Of a stretch of DNA of 64,000 nucleotides, positions 20,656-35,961 are shown one piece after another; the first letter of the stretch is position 1, and each line of letters starts with the position of its first letter. Source of the DNA: the human T2T-CHM13v2.0 reference genome, Homo sapiens; NCBI RefSeq assembly GCF_009914755.1, contig NC_060927.1. The stretch is one strand, 5' to 3'. Both the position numbers and the translations under genes were made by a program. The notes under the pieces are model-generated. The model did no database searches. It was not told the origin of the DNA and saw only the letters and a list, made by a program, of their open reading frames with translations.

Positions 20656-22281
20656 CTGTAAAAACACAACATGTACATACACACAACTTCCTAAGACCAG
20701 GAGATGGGCACGGAATGGGGATGCGTATGAGATGGGGGTGATGCTAAGAAAAGGTGATGAAAAGGAGAGACTAGAGCTGTTTTTATCTTAAGTCAATCTA
20801 GCTTCAGTCTCCTAGTCTTAGAAGAATTTTTTTTTATTCCTTCCTTTGCTCAGAGTATTTTCCACGCTCCTCACCCCTTTGTGCCCCCTTCTAACATTCT
20901 GTGTGCCTGTATTCAGGCAACGCTTAAGACATAGTGGATCATGCCTTGCAAAAATCAAACTGATTTCTCCTTCCATTCTAGGAGAGTTTACATTGTTATC
21001 TTAGGAAATGGAGATGAAGAGGCCTTAGTCTATGGTTATTTGATTTGCATAAAACTCAATCACTTGGCTGTTTCTGACATATTATGCTCTGGTAAAAAAG
21101 TGTAGTCTCTATCTGGGAGCACAGGGTGGTTCCTGTAATAAGTTTCTAAATTTCTTGTGAAATTCAATTGCAGGGCCATCTGGTTCAGGGGGTTTATGTC
21201 CTTGTCATGAGATAATTGTATTATCTATACATCAGCAGTGATATCCTCCTTTTAACTGAGTCATCTCACAATTTCTGAAAGTATTTTTATTTGACCATTA
21301 TTTTTAATTAAAGGAGTAGAGCAGTGCAGCATATCAAAGAATGTTCACAAAAAGGTTGAATATGGTATTTTATGGTTTAGTTTCTTAAACGGCTAAGGTG
21401 GGTCTCTCCTGCTTTTTTGTTTCTCTCCTTCCCCAACTATAATCCTCTAGAAAATTTTAGTAGGAATATACACAGCAGAAGTGCAAACTGGTAAAAGGAT
21501 AAAACGATTATTTCTTTTTAAATTTGTAGGTGGAAGTAGCGATGGGGTAAATGTTAGAAGAATGTAAGAGGAGTTTTTAGACATTTAAGGAGTTGTGCCA
21601 AAAGAGTAAGAGAGACAAACGTATGTGTGGAAGTTTGCTGGGGTGACAGAATGAATTACAGTGGACAGACCTAGATAAAGGAGAGGAAGTAAGTGTGGGG
21701 AAGGTAAACAAGTAAAAGACATTTAGAGAGTGAGAGTGAAAAACAGGGGAGGTTACTATGAGCATCCTGAGCCTAACACAGAGGGGAGAAAAATCTACAA
21801 CAATAATCATATAGTGGAAATTTTATTTTATTTTATTTTAAATAAAAATTTATCAATTTTTATAAAAATTATATTGTCGAAGTAATGAAACAGTACAGAC
21901 AGATAAAACATACAAAATGGAGGTCCTATCACAATCTAACCACATAGGTTACCACTTCCATACAACATAATTCTATGCATATATTAAATGAATTAGTTAG
22001 ATCTCATTAGTAAGATAAGATTGTACATTTAAAATACAGAAAATATGTTCTTAAGTGGAAAAAAGCAAGTGTGGAAGAGTATGTTCATTATTACTTTCCA
22101 GTTAAAATATATACATATATAGACATAGAAAAAGTTCTAGGAAATTTTAATTTAACATTTGTAATTTGTTGTGGAAGAATGTAGAAACACAGATGAATGA
22201 GCTTGGGAAGGAAATGAACTAGAGGAGAATACGTAACCACGGTGATTGTCTAGTCATTTATTTTCTATAAGAAACACTGCT

Positions 22282-22564
22282 TGGCTCACACCTGTAATCC
22301 AAGCACTTTGGGAGGCTAAAGCGGGCGGATCACAAGGTCAGGAGTTCGAGACCAGCCTGATGGTGAAACCCTGTCTCTACTAAAAATACAAAAATTAGCT
22401 GGGCGTGATGGCGGTTGCCTGTAATCCCAGCTACTCAGGAGACTGAGGCAGGAGAATCGCTTGAACCGGGAGGAGGAGGTTGCAGTGAGCTGAGATTGCA
22501 CCACTACTCTCCAGCCTGGGTGGCAGAGCAAGACCCTGTCTCAAAAACAAAATTAATAAAAAAG
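22282..22564 (+). mobile_element. AluS (Sg/Sc-like), slightly 5'-truncated
   Basis: Dimeric Alu with A tail; TSD GAAACACTGCT at 22271-22281 and 22565-22575. Confidence 0.95.
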
Positions 22565-22772
22565 GAAACACTGCTGTGGGACTCACTGACATGAAAACCA
22601 GTGACCTAGAGTCTAAAGCCATTGCATCCCATTAGCAATTTTGTCAGTCATCTTAAAGAAAATCTGAAGGGCAAATGAACATGGTCCAGGGTACTCTGGA
22701 ACTATGAACTGAATGAGAAAATGGAACGAGAAATTTGACTTGCTGAAATGAAGAAGCTGACACCTCACATAC

Positions 22773-22818
22773 TTTTCTCTGAGAGTTGTACCATTGGCAT
22801 GAAAAATGTGAGTGCAGT
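22773..22818 (-). pseudogene. Candidate short exon (46 bp)
   Basis: Acceptor aatttattcag, donor AAA|GTATGT; open in all three frames. Confidence 0.25.
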
Positions 22819-23964
22819 CTGAATAAATTGTTTTGGTAATGTTTTGGAGTTCTGTTCTCCCACACAATTTCAAAGACTTTCACTTCTTCCCACTCATCTT
22901 CACCTAACTTTCCATTTTGTGTTTTAAGTTTTGCAAACGTTATATATAAATACAAAGTTTGAGCAATTCTGTATCTAGGATTTTATCTTATTGACATACT
23001 TACACATGCAGGTAAGTATGTATGTTCATCCTTGCAGAAATATCTGTAATAGCAAAAGAAAGAAACGATGTAAACATCCATCACCCAGGTAGCATCTACA
23101 AGTCAGAGGGATAATATTTAAAATATTATTCCTGGGCATGCTTCTTTTCTCTGGGTCCATAAGCATTTCCAGTTAGTTTGAGAAGCCCATCTACCTGAGA
23201 GGAGAGCATTATTAGTTTCTGATATGCAAAGTAGGATCACCCAGCAAGGTGATAGCCTGGAAAGCCAGGCTGTTATCTGGAGAGAGGATTTTGAAAAGAT
23301 CATTATCTCCCTCCTTCAACATAGGAAGGAACCAAAAATGATACTCCTGCCTATGACAGCAAAGCCACGGGGCTGCCTTCTATATCTTTCATGGTAGAAG
23401 AAGCCTGGAGAGCAGAGGAGATAAGAAAAAAGCCTGACCCTTTTCTACCTTGGGAAATTTGGGGAAGAGGAAGTAAAGGAAGGAAGCCAGTGAAATAAAA
23501 TCTGTGTATCCCAGTTTTCCCCCTTGCTGATTTTTTTCCAGGCAGGGAACAGAAAGTTAGTTAAGGGAGGCTGACCCTGAAGGCAGGGGGTATTTTGCTT
23601 CCCCTTCTTTTTTTTTTTTTTGCCCTACTCCCCTGCTTTCCCTTCTTATGTAGAATCTAGAGATCTCTTGTGGGACTCTGGCCCATGCATCTGGCTGAGG
23701 CCATCTCACTTTGATAGGTTCAACTTCCACATAGTTCCAGAAAACAGGGTAAAAAGCAAACACACAAAAACAAGCAAAAGAAAATCTGGAGGTTTTTTTT
23801 TAATTATTATTATTTTATTTCCTTTTTTTTTTTTTTAAAGAATTCCTTGGTGAAAGCAGAGTGCAAGCTCATTCTTATCTAAAAGCATTCTGCCTTGTGG
23901 CCAATGAAGCTGAGCTCGGGCCACTGACTACTGATGTGAAATTCCAGAAAAAAACAGCAAACTA

Positions 23965-24128
<164 letters not shown>

Positions 24129-24658
24129 AAGGATTATCAAAGAGATATGGATAAAATATTCATACTGGTAATCATTCTGCTAAACATCAGGTTATCCTGA
24201 GGAATCTTGCCCCTAGCTAGGACTCCTCTCATGCCAAAACAGGCTGTGCTGACAATGTCGTGTGTCAGGAGAATGAAGATAAGTTACCACTTAGAACACT
24301 CTGGCTATTTAGAGCATCACCATTCTAAGTAACTAAAAGGTTTACACTTAGAAATAAATGGTGGTTTATCTTCCCTTTCTTCTGCTGTGGGATGGTACCA
24401 GCGTGCAGGCCCAACAGCAGCTTCTCTGTAAATGCCTGTACCCAGGAGTCTCAGAGCTGGGCTCAGTGCCCAAAAAAGTAAGAGCAAGAAAAATGAAAAT
24501 ACTGTACACACTGAAGAAAGCTGGGCAGGAAACAACCCTGCTCAGAATTAATGAGCTCCAGCAAATCCCTGCCCTAACAGGAGGATTTCACGTCTACTGT
24601 GTCTGAAGGTTGACTTTGTGTTTAAATAAAATCCCGATTTATTTTAAAGAGGACTTAC

Positions 24659-24738
24659 AGATTATTTCTGAGACTTGTGAGCTCTCTGAGTCTAATCGCA
24701 AATTCTCCTCTTAATTCCTCCTCTTTTTCATCAGATTT
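24659..24738 (-). pseudogene. Candidate exon (~80 bp) with decayed acceptor
   Basis: Consensus donor TCT|GTAAGT; pyrimidine tract ttttccctctattttca lacks the AG; purine-rich body. Confidence 0.35.
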
Positions 24739-24849
24739 TGAAAATAGAGGGAAAACACATACCTGTTGTTCACCCTCCCTACCCACCCCAAGTGAAATAT
24801 AGATTTCAGTGTAAATGCTTAACTTCACTGACAAGTAGACTGCGATTCT

Positions 24850-24985
24850 ACTTGCGGGTATCCCATGATCTAGTTCTGTGACCTTATGCAAGCCGTTTGA
24901 CATCTCTGGGCTTTGGTTGCCTCACCTAAGTAATGGGTGTGGGTTTTGTTTAATTTACTTGAAGGTACCTTCCACCTCCAAGAAC
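24850..24985 (+). mobile_element. MIR fragment
   Basis: 'ctagttctgtgaccttatgcaagccgtttgacatctctgggctttggttgcctcacct'. Confidence 0.65.
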
Positions 24986-25559
24986 CTCCAGATTCATACC
25001 CACACCCCTTTCTGTGACCTTCTCAACCCTTGGGAAGCCTTCTTACCTTTCCAGACTTTCAGTAACCTCAGGCTTGGATCCTGTCCACATTCCTCCCCTT
25101 CCCACTTGCCATCAAATCTCTGTTAGCTGAGAAGCCAGAAAACCTCTGAGCATGGATGGCTTCTGTTGGTTTTAGCGCCTAGCTATTTCAGTTTGAATAA
25201 GTGCAGTTTCCTTTGTTGCACTTTTGGCAAAAGTCACCAGTGATAGCCCTTTATTTATTTGGCCGTTTACCTGGTTAAGGGCTACCTTCCTGCAGCATGT
25301 TTTGTTTTGGTTTCTTTCTGCTTACCCTGTATCCCTAATGCACAGCAGTGTCCAGTACACACTAGTCATGTCCAGCAGTACATTTTTGAATGAATAAATG
25401 GATGCGTCCTTTCCTGGCAGCGTATCTTAAATCACATTTAGCAGGCAGCCAAAGGTTGACCTTGCTGGAATCTTGGTTGGTGTATGTAGGTCCATCTTGA
25501 CCCCCCTATCTAAAATAACCATCAGCCTCCTTCCCTCGCACCCCTGCCCATCCACCTTT

Positions 25560-25780
25560 GGACCTTTTCCATTCTTTTATCTTGCCTAATTTTGTTTCCT
25601 AGCACTTACATTACCCGAGTTTATTTATTCCTAGCTTTTTTAGGTCTCTTCGACTAGAATGTACACATCTGAGGGCAGGGACCTTCTTCACCTTATTTAA
25701 GGCTGTATCTTCAGCACCTAGAACAGTACCAGCACATAGTAGGCTTTTAATAAATGTTTGTTAGCTGAATTAATGAAAAA
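25560..25780 (+). mobile_element. L2 3' end
   Basis: 'gactagaatgta...tgagggcagggacc...cagcacctagaacagtaccagcacatagtaggct...aataaatgtttgtt..ctgaat'. Confidence 0.8.
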
Positions 25781-26062
25781 TGACTTATCACTTGTAGCTT
25801 ATTCAAATGATGTGGACGCTCTCTTCCTTGCAGTGTCCCAGGCTGTTCCCAGGTAATATTCTTCTCCCTGTTCCCAAGAACACATTGGACCGTCATATTT
25901 TTGTGATTTCTTCCACAAAGCCAGAGCAGAAGCCATGTTCTTTACTGACAGTCAATTCAGAATAGATCATCTTCTTCCTCACTTCACTCTCTTTGCCTTT
26001 GTTTTTAGTTTTCAGGACCTCTGAGAAGAAAGAGAAAGGAGACTTGAACAGAGTATACTAAC

Positions 26063-26323
26063 TCTTCCATACAATAAAGTTTCCTTCGCTGGGCAGGCAG
26101 GCATGCGTGGTACCAAGACCTCTCTGGTGGCTAAGTAACATCTGTTCTAACGAAGTCTGATGGCTTGCGAAACACTGAAGGCTGCTAGCTGCCTCGAGCA
26201 GTACCCAGGGTACCTTCCCTACCTGGTGTTGCTGCTGCTGATTTGGTGGTTGCATTTCTCATCTTTTTATGCCTTTGGGCATGTGTTTGTTGTTGACATC
26301 TACAGAACCTCTGAGCTTTCTTA
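26063..26323 (-). pseudogene. Candidate exon (261 bp) of putative decayed gene
   Basis: Donor AGA|GTTAGT; pyrimidine tract ends in CAA (decayed AG) or TAAG. GC/CpG-richer island with only 2 stops in 86 codons: KKAQRFCRCQQQ...RKPSDFVRTDVT*PPERSWYHACLPAQRRKLYCMEE. Confidence 0.45.
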
Positions 26324-26542
26324 TTGTAAAAGTGAAATAAAGGAGCTGGATTAACAGATGTTTTTGTTTTGTTGTATAGAGGAGAATTATGTCCTCTGTC
26401 AAAGAATATTTTCATACGGTTCAGTATCTTTTTCTTAATTATGTTTTAAAATCTAAAGTGTGTGTACGTGTGTGTTTGTTGTTTGGGCAGTTTGGTGAGT
26501 AAAGGATGGGATGGAAACAGTGGGACGTATGAAGTCATTTCT

Positions 26543-27992
<1,450 letters not shown>

Positions 27993-29651
27993 CTATAAGA
28001 GATTATAAGCACATTTCTTCATGCTTCTAATAGACTTTTATGTTTGTTTGTGCAGCGGGCACAGATGAGCTTGAATTTAACCCAAAGTGGCTGACAGACT
28101 GACAGATACTGCTCCCTAAAAGCCTGATAAAGGGTTCTAAACATTGAGAAAATAAGTGAGAACAAATGAGGCAATAGAAAATGTTTATGTTGCAAAGCAT
28201 TTATAATTTGTTTGATAGGATTAGAAGTCACTTGCTGACTGTTCTTCATATCATGTTGGCCTTTAATATTGGCTTTCTGGAGTAAAAATCAGATATAGTT
28301 TAGAAAAAATTCCAATTATAAAGTACAGTTAATGTTTGTGAATGCTTAACTTTGTTAAAATGAGTTAGTCTTCTTAATAAAGTGAATATTGAAAACAATT
28401 TCTTATTAACATGATGTGGGTTTGATGAAAAAAGCACTGCTTCCCTATATAGTAGCACCTTGAAAAACAATTGTCTAACCTATTTACTCGTCTACTTTGT
28501 GTAGGAATTGTACCATATAAATTATTCCTACCAAGGATGTACTGTTTTATGTGACTTCATTGTTAGTCTTCTACTTTAGATCTCTTCTACCACTAATTTA
28601 GCAAAACTGCATTTAAATCAGTCCCCAATGAGAAGACCTGGAGTTCACATTTTTGCTTTTAATAGACACATTAGTCTTCCTACATGGTAAGATTTCATAA
28701 ATGGCTTCTTGTTCTTTTCTTGGGAGATAGCTATTATATATCACTCAGTGCATTTCTGGTCTTCCCTTAGGGAATTTACAGGGGTTGTCATTGCTTTGGC
28801 TTCAGCAGAAACACAAGATGTTTTAAATTGAATCTTGTATTTGTGCTTGGGATCGATAAAAGTCTTTGTGTACATTTTAACAAGAGTCCTGTAAAGGTTA
28901 TATTGGCTAAACTAATTTGAATCACCAAATATTACCTTAATACCTAGTTATTTGCACTTTGCTTTCTCCTCAGCCCCAGTAAGGAGATCAGGGGAGGGAT
29001 TAGAGGAAGGGATGAGGTGAGACTATTGGAAGGATTATTTACATGTTGGCACTGGGGCATAAAGGCCATGGGAGTCCATGAGTCAGGTATTATCCTTCCA
29101 GGTGAGAAGCTATGGTTTCAGTTAACCTTTTGTCTTATTTTGAAACATTATATAATGTAATTCGTGTTCATATTAGAAAACTAGGTAATATGAATTAATA
29201 AAAATAAAAAAAAATCCATAATTTCACCATCCAGAGATATTTACTCTTAAAATTTTGGTTATAACCTTTTATACTTTTATATTTATGTTTGCCTTTTTGA
29301 AAAACAATACATCCTTTATCAACTGCTTAACTGTCCTTGACTTATGCTACGTAATACAGAAAAGAAGAATGGCACTACCATCCCAGATCATCAACTCCCC
29401 AAGTGACTGGTCTGAGATAAATTAGAAGAACACATAGAAGCCCCAGAGAGCCTTCAGAAGAGAAAATAATATGCATAAGCTGCCTCAGTGAAGTCTTTAG
29501 TTGAAACAAAACAAAAAAATTCTGATTATGCATGTTTAGGAGTCACACAGCAGGTTGGGATATTTACATGAAGACTCATAAACAAAATATTTTGGTTGGA
29601 GAAAAGGTAGGGTGTTTTAGTATGTATAATTCTGACCAATTTACTTGCTAT

Positions 29652-29885
29652 TTGTCAAGAACCGTACAGAGCCTGAGATTTTATCCTACTTGCAAGCTAA
29701 TAAGCTTGCTACAGTTTTATGGATGCTGGCAGAAGACACAGGATGCCTGGATCAGAGACAAAGGACTTTACTAGTCATGGCCCAGCAAGAAATACCAGTT
29801 TCCTGTTTGTGTCAGTTTCCCTTGTTCCTCAAGTTCTATGAAGTGGCATGAGAAAGCCCACGTGGATGTCACCTGCGAAAGTGAG
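29652..29885. mobile_element. ERV LTR fragment (MER-class)
   Basis: 'tgtcaagaac...ctgagattttatcctacttgcaagctaa...ggatgctggcagaagacac...tcagagacaaaggacttta' resembles a known LTR end; family not certain. Confidence 0.5.
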
Positions 29886-29962
29886 ACACCTCTTTGGTCT
29901 TCCACACATAGATGTCTCATAAAACTCAGGCATATGTCCTCTTTCTGTGTCTTTCCACACAC

Positions 29963-30054
29963 GTTCCCTCAAAAAACAATTCCTGCTCCATGTCCTTAAC
30001 CATCATGTCCAGGCTGATGGCTCATCCATAATTCCTGCCGTAGTAGAATTTCCC
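29963..30054 (-). pseudogene. Candidate exon (92 bp)
   Basis: Acceptor ctgatttttag, donor AAC|GTGTGT; reads GKFYYGRNYG*AISLDMMVKDMEQELFFEG. Confidence 0.35.
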
Positions 30055-31155
30055 CTAAAAATCAGTATTGTTAAAATGTGGTTGCAGCCATCAGAACGGA
30101 CAGTTTACCGAAAGATCAGTGAATGCAAACAAAACTGGGCAAACTCTTTCCTCCTTAAAGAGAATGTGCTGGGTGTTCAGGAGCTGGGCCTCCTGAATAG
30201 TTTAAGGGCTTATTTTCTGTCTTTGGTTGGGAGAATTAGTGATTAGGTTACTAGTTAACAGGATATCATATCATTAAGTCTCAGAGGAGACCTGAGTATT
30301 TTACATTTTAGGTTAACTGCTCTTTTTATGACTTCAGATGGCATCTAGTTTGGAGAATAAAGATCTTTGTAATTACCCTACAGACATGGAAAGGTATTTG
30401 ATGTTTGCACCTAAGTTATCAAGATTCGGCTCTGCCAGCCCCAGTAAATTTTAAATCCTTAAAGGTAAAAAGCCTGAATCCATTCAGGAAATTCCATTAA
30501 GGCATCTGGTAATAAGGATTGATTTCCATCCTGGATTTCAGTTAATGTAATTAATATAGTATGTTGTAACTTGGTCCGAGGACATGGATTTTGGTATTTC
30601 TTATTTCACAATGTGAACGTGGAGAATGAAGTGGATTTGGGTAGGCTTAGAAGGTGTGGTTTCAGGCCTTCTGGATGTTTGTGAGCTTGACTGGATTCTA
30701 CTTACTTACTTGGTGAGAGAATCTTAAAAAAATGGGCCTCAAACTCCAGTCCTAAACCTTCCTCCCTAACCTTATTGTAATTATTCCCATGGAGAGGATG
30801 TTCTCAACCAGACTGTCCACTTTCTGGCAACTGACAATGGGCCATTCCCGCCTTAGTGCCTTCTTCTTGCCCTACTTCATGAAGGTAAATCCCAGCCATC
30901 CTTCAAGAAATCTCAGTCATGTCCTGATCCTTCATAAACCTCTATTCATGTCATTCCTCAGTGATCATTCCCTCCTTTCAGATCCAAAAGTATCTGTTGT
31001 CTTTACTAATTCACTCACTCATTCATTCCGTAAATAATTTATGTTTGTTGTATTGAGGGAACAAGACAGATGATAGTCTTGTTTTATTCTGGAGTTAATT
31101 TTCTAATGGAGAAGACAGATTCTTAAAAACCTGTTAGAGAATTAATCATTTAATT

Positions 31156-31447
31156 TTTTTTTTTTTTTGAGACAGTCTCACTTTGTCGCCCAGGCTGGAG
31201 TGCAGTGGTGTGATCTCGGCTCACTGCTAACTCCGCCTCCCGGGTTCACGTCATTCTCCTGCCTTAGCCTCCCGAGTAGCTAGGACTACAGGCGCCTGTC
31301 ACCACACCCAGCTAATTTTTTGTATTTTTAGTAACGACGGGGTTTCACCATGTTACCCAGGATGGTCTCGATCTCCTTACCTCATGATCCGCCCGTCTCG
31401 GCCTCCCAAAGTGCTGGGATTACAGGCGTGAGCCACCGCGCCTGGCC
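31156..31447 (-). mobile_element. AluY-like
   Basis: Y-type 'gggttcacg.cattctcc' and 'ggatggtctcgatctcc'; TSD TAATCATTTAATT at 31143-31155 and 31448-31460. Confidence 0.96.
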
Positions 31448-31569
31448 TAATCATTTAATTATTATCCTTAGTTCTGGAAAGGAGAGAAACTGGACAATGA
31501 GAGGGTCCTACTCATTTTGCATTTGTTTGACTATCTTTAGGAGGGAATGGTTATAAAATGTATGAAAGA

Positions 31570-31740
31570 TTCTACCAAATACTGGGCACATATTTGCTCA
31601 TACCATCCTTCCAACAGCCCTATGCATGAGGTAACATTATCCCATTTTTCAGAAGAGGAGCCAGGAGCTTGGTGGAGTAAAGGAACTTCATCTTGCCAAT
31701 AAATGGTGGAACTGAGATTTGACCATTGGTCTTCAAAGCA
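31570..31740 (-). mobile_element. MIR fragment
   Basis: 'ccaacagccctatg...attatcccatttttcagaagaggag...aaatggtggaactgagatttga'. Confidence 0.65.
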
Positions 31741-31937
31741 TATGGATGTCTACTTGTACTTGTGAGTTTCTTTACCCCCTCAACTAGAGAGTATGAAATT
31801 TGGTGACAGGAACCTCACCTTGTACCTTCCCTAACATGTTGCCCTATAAATAGGAAGAAGACCTTAGTGGTCAGCTGGCTACTTGACTAAATTCAATCAT
31901 GAAATGAAATAGTGTGTAGGAGATTGAGGGATTTGGA

Positions 31938-32472
31938 GTGTAATCTAGGAAAAAGATAACGACTGCAAGAGGCAGTAATATACAACCAGCTTTATTGTGT
32001 GGTACTTGGACAGGGTTGCATGAGAGGGGAAGCACCTTTCGGCATACAACCATTCAGAGGCTTATGGTGAGGGGAGTCACCCATTCCAAAGGGAAAGAGA
32101 ACAAGGGAACTCCCAGGGTAGAGGGGGATCCGAGAAGGTGGTTACCCAGTGGTGTTGCTCAGCCACACCATGGGAGTTTCTTGGTCAGGGAGCTCTGACA
32201 GGCAGCAGGGTCTGGAGGTCTTATCATCACAAGATCCTTTCTTACCAACAGGTAATAGCTATTGGGTGAAGTTTCTTGGGGTCTGCAAAGGAGGCAGGCT
32301 CTTGATGGCTAAAAATTTGCTTATTTGGGTTGTTTTAAAAAAATAAATGGACGTGTAAAAATTTGAGTTTGGAGTTGACAGACGTTTGAGCTAATGGGTC
32401 TCCGGCTGCAGTGAAGAAATATGCAACCTAGAACCAATCCACAGAAGCCATCTTTTGCCCATTTATAGAACA
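31938..32472 (-). mobile_element. Probable ERV solo LTR
   Basis: TG...CA-bounded, GC-richer block with reverse AATAAA (ctttatt at ~31990); family not identified. Confidence 0.4.
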
Positions 32473-32609
32473 TGATGACATGTGGTCCACATGTTCTTCT
32501 GAAACTCAGATTTGGGCTATATGTAGTGGTTGCTTTTGAGAGAGGAGTTACTCCTGCTGTTGATTGCCAGCAGCACCAAAGCTTGTGTTTATTTTATAAA
32601 CATACTAAC

Positions 32610-33078
32610 CTGAATGAAGGCTTTGGTGGTTGTGACTTCTGCTGGTTCCAGGTCTTGTCATTTTTTGGTGATAATTCATTGAAGACCAAATAGAGGAGGA
32701 AGTGGAATAATTGTGGGCTCTGAAGGAAGCATCTGATCTTGAGATGTGAGTGGTCAGTGCAAGCCTGGTAGTGGTGACAGTGGGGTCTCGGTCTGTGATG
32801 GGCAGAGAGTACTGGAACAAAATTTGGATGTAAAAGATTCGTCTTCAGGTTGTTATTTATTTCTTGGCTGCTGCATACTTTTATCTGTTTCATTCTTGGA
32901 CAATGAGTTGGACAATGCACTTGGCTTTCAAACTGTGGTCTCCTACTTTTTCAGTCTATTCGTTTCCAACCTTCTTTCAAGAAGGTTAAAGCATTCTGGC
33001 TTTGATAGCTGAGTATTACTGAGTCATGTTATTGACATTGCATGAATTAATCTTCCTAATCTTTATCGTGTATTTCTT
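32610..33078 (-). pseudogene. Candidate long exon (469 bp) of putative decayed gene
   Basis: Acceptor ttttttgagttctaatgtcccacag, donor CAG|GTTAGT. One frame reads ...SKPECFNLLERRLETNRLKK...QTETPLSPLPGLH*PLTSQDQMLPSEPTIIPLPPLFGLQ*IITKK*QDLEPAEVTTTKAFIQ (8 stops, 5 of them TGA); another frame is open for 108 codons. Confidence 0.45.
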
Positions 33079-33999
33079 CTGTGGGACATTAGAACTCAAA
33101 AAAAGACAATATTAAAGAATAACTCATTCTGTACTGAAATAAGCATTGGTTCTTTAAAAAAAACATGAACTGAATGATGACCATTTTAGTCTTGCTCCTC
33201 ACCCCTCTAAGAGTTCCTAAGGATCTCTGCCAAAAAAATTTATATGGAAAAAAATTAATTTGTGTTAATCTGCTAAACTACTGATAGACAATATAATTTC
33301 TTCATATTAAAGGCAATGGACCTAATCCTATCACTGAACGAGGAGTAAAATGCTTACCATCTGAAAGTTAATTCTTTATGCCTTTAGGGTACTAGTTAAA
33401 ATCAGTAATCTTTCCTTATGAGCGTATCCTCGTGGATCAAAAATCATATTTATTGGGCATCATTTCACACACTGTTCACTTTGCTAATAAGACTAATTCC
33501 TTGGAAAAGATCTGAGGTGGTGTGGTGGAGCTCAGCCATGAGATTTTGAGTAGGCAAAAAGGTTTTTATTCTCAAATTCATTATCAGCTCTGTATTGTAT
33601 TCATCAATCATATTTAATATTCCTGCTCATCCCAAATCTCTCCCCTTATCTGTGTCTCTTCTCTTCTTCCTTTTCCTTTTCATATCAACTCCCTTCCTCC
33701 TAGTCATCATCTATGCCAGAATTCACACACCTAATCTTTAAGTTTGTAGTTCACTTTTTTTCTCTCATTCACCACTGATCAGAAGACACGTAGTTCAACT
33801 TGTAAAGAAAGAGAATGGGCAGTCTTTAGCCTGTCAATAGGTCAAGATGAGGCATGGGGGAGGAGGAGAAGCTTGGGGGTGATACATAGATTAAGAGTTG
33901 CTGCATTTCTTTTTTCCCTTTCCAAACCAATATATTGTGATATATTAAATCAATATATCTGGATTTCTCTTTCATTACATTACAAGTAGAATCTCAGAG

Positions 34000-34390
34000 G
34001 CTTAGATATGAAAATGGGGTAAAATCACAAAGGACAAAAGTGAAACAGGGAAGAGAGCAGTCAGTTACAACCTCAAAGAACACTAACAACCAAGAGAAGT
34101 AGAGCAGAAGAAGCCACCAAAGAAAACCAAGGAGATGGGAGGAACACTAGGAGAGCACGGTGTCATGGAGACCAAGGGAAAGGAGTATTGGGAAGGGTCA
34201 ACAAAGGGTCGAGAGCTGCTGAGTGGTCAAGCATTGTGAATGTAGAGATGTCTTCATTCTGTTAGTTACATGGAGGCCATTAGTGATTTTGCTGAGTACA
34301 GTTCTGAGATATAATGGGGCAGAAGACTGTCTGGAGTGTGTTAAGTATGACAGCAAGTGAATAAATGGAGATGGCTAGTGTGATTATCTA
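34000..34390 (-). mobile_element. L2 fragment
   Basis: 'ggaggaacactaggagagcacggtgtcatggagaccaaggg...agagctgctgagtggtcaag...catggaggccattagtga'. Confidence 0.75.
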
Positions 34391-35469
34391 CACTGATTTC
34401 TTCCATTCTAAGACCTGCTCTTTCCCTTTCTTCTCCAACGCTTAGATATTTCAAGAGCTACCTTGCAATGGCTCTCAAGGACTCCTACCAGCAGCCAGGT
34501 AGAGGAGTGGGCTGAGATAGACTTGCCAAGGCCTGGGGCATGTGTGGACAGAGCCTGGGCAGAACCTGTTCATCCAATTATCACCTCAGCTGAGCTCTGG
34601 GATCTGATCATACCACACTCTGTTGAATTTTAACTCAGATTCCTATCTTTAGTTGTGGTTAAAATGTATTCTAAAAGGATGGTACTGTGATGCAGCATTG
34701 AAATCAAGCATTATTAGCAACCAGAAGTTGCTTATTCAAAGCCAAGCAATGATATCTAAGGCTATGAATATGGCCAATCCCAGTTCTAGAAAGCAAGATA
34801 TTCAAAGGTGGAGAGGTTAGAGGGATGATTTGTGTTGTCACCCACCTATCTTTTAAACACATCTAGCTGACTTTTAAGGGAAGCTGCTTAGCACTACCTC
34901 AAATGTACTGTTTAAAATTAAATGAAAATAGCATACCTTTATTCATATTGTGACACTTTTTACATCTAGAATTTACATCTAGAAATTCTGAATCACTTTT
35001 AGCTGTTTTCTGAGTTATGTTTAGCCTCAGGAGGACATGCTAATTTCTATAAGCTAGCTCAAGATTTTGACTTCTTAATCATGTTTAAGTTTACCATACA
35101 ATTTTTCATAGTATTTTACGTAAAATGATAAACTTTGTTGGGTAACATTTGTTCAAGTTTTTTAAAAAAATTACTTTTAAATTTATAACTTACATAAAGC
35201 ATAGAACACAAATCTTAAGTGTACAGCTAATAGTTTATACATATACCTGTGTAACCACCATCCAGATCAAGGAACTTCAGAAGGGTCTCTCATACTCCCT
35301 CCTCATTATATAATCACCTGCTATTTCTCCGTAAGGTGATTCCTATTTTGACCTTTAGCACCACGGATTCACAGTGACTGTATAAATGTAAGGAACTCAA
35401 TAATACCCCCCAAAAAAACTCAACCTCCAAAACAAACTAAAACAGGCTTCCATGTTTCCATGTACTTCT

Positions 35470-35961
35470 TTTTAAAAATATTTAATTTTAATGGGTACAT
35501 GAGATATTTTGATATAGGCATACAATGTGTAATAATCACATCAGGGTAAATGGGGTATCCATCACCTCAAGTGTTTATCATTTATTTGTGTTACACTCTA
35601 ACTATACTGTTGTTATTTTAAGATGTACAATAAATTTTTGTTGACTGTAGTATCCTATTGTCCTGTCAAACACTAGATTTTATTCATTAGATCTAATTAT
35701 TTTTTGTACCCATTATCCATGCCCACTTCCCCTGCCCCACTATCCTTCCCAGCCTCTGGTAACCATTACTCTCTATCTTCAAGAGTTCAATTGTTGTAAT
35801 TTTTAACTCCCACAAATGAGTGACAACATGAGAATCTTGTCTTTCTGTGCCTGGCTCATTTCACTTAACATAATGTTCTCCATTTCCATTCATGTTGTAA
35901 ATGACAGGATATCATTCTTTTTATGGCTGAATGGTATTCCATTGTGTATATGTACCACATT
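35470..35961 (-). mobile_element. L1MA-type 3' end (interrupted by a younger L1)
   Basis: L1MA 3'UTR 'gtacatgagatattttgatataggcatacaatgtgtaataatcacatcagggtaaatggggtatccatcacctcaag'; stops at 'gtaccacatt'. Confidence 0.85.

Noticed and set aside
32594-32920. 108-aa minus-strand ORF as a stand-alone gene
   Set aside because: Non-ATG start, no recognisable domain, and it runs through a splice donor; treated as part of a candidate exon instead.
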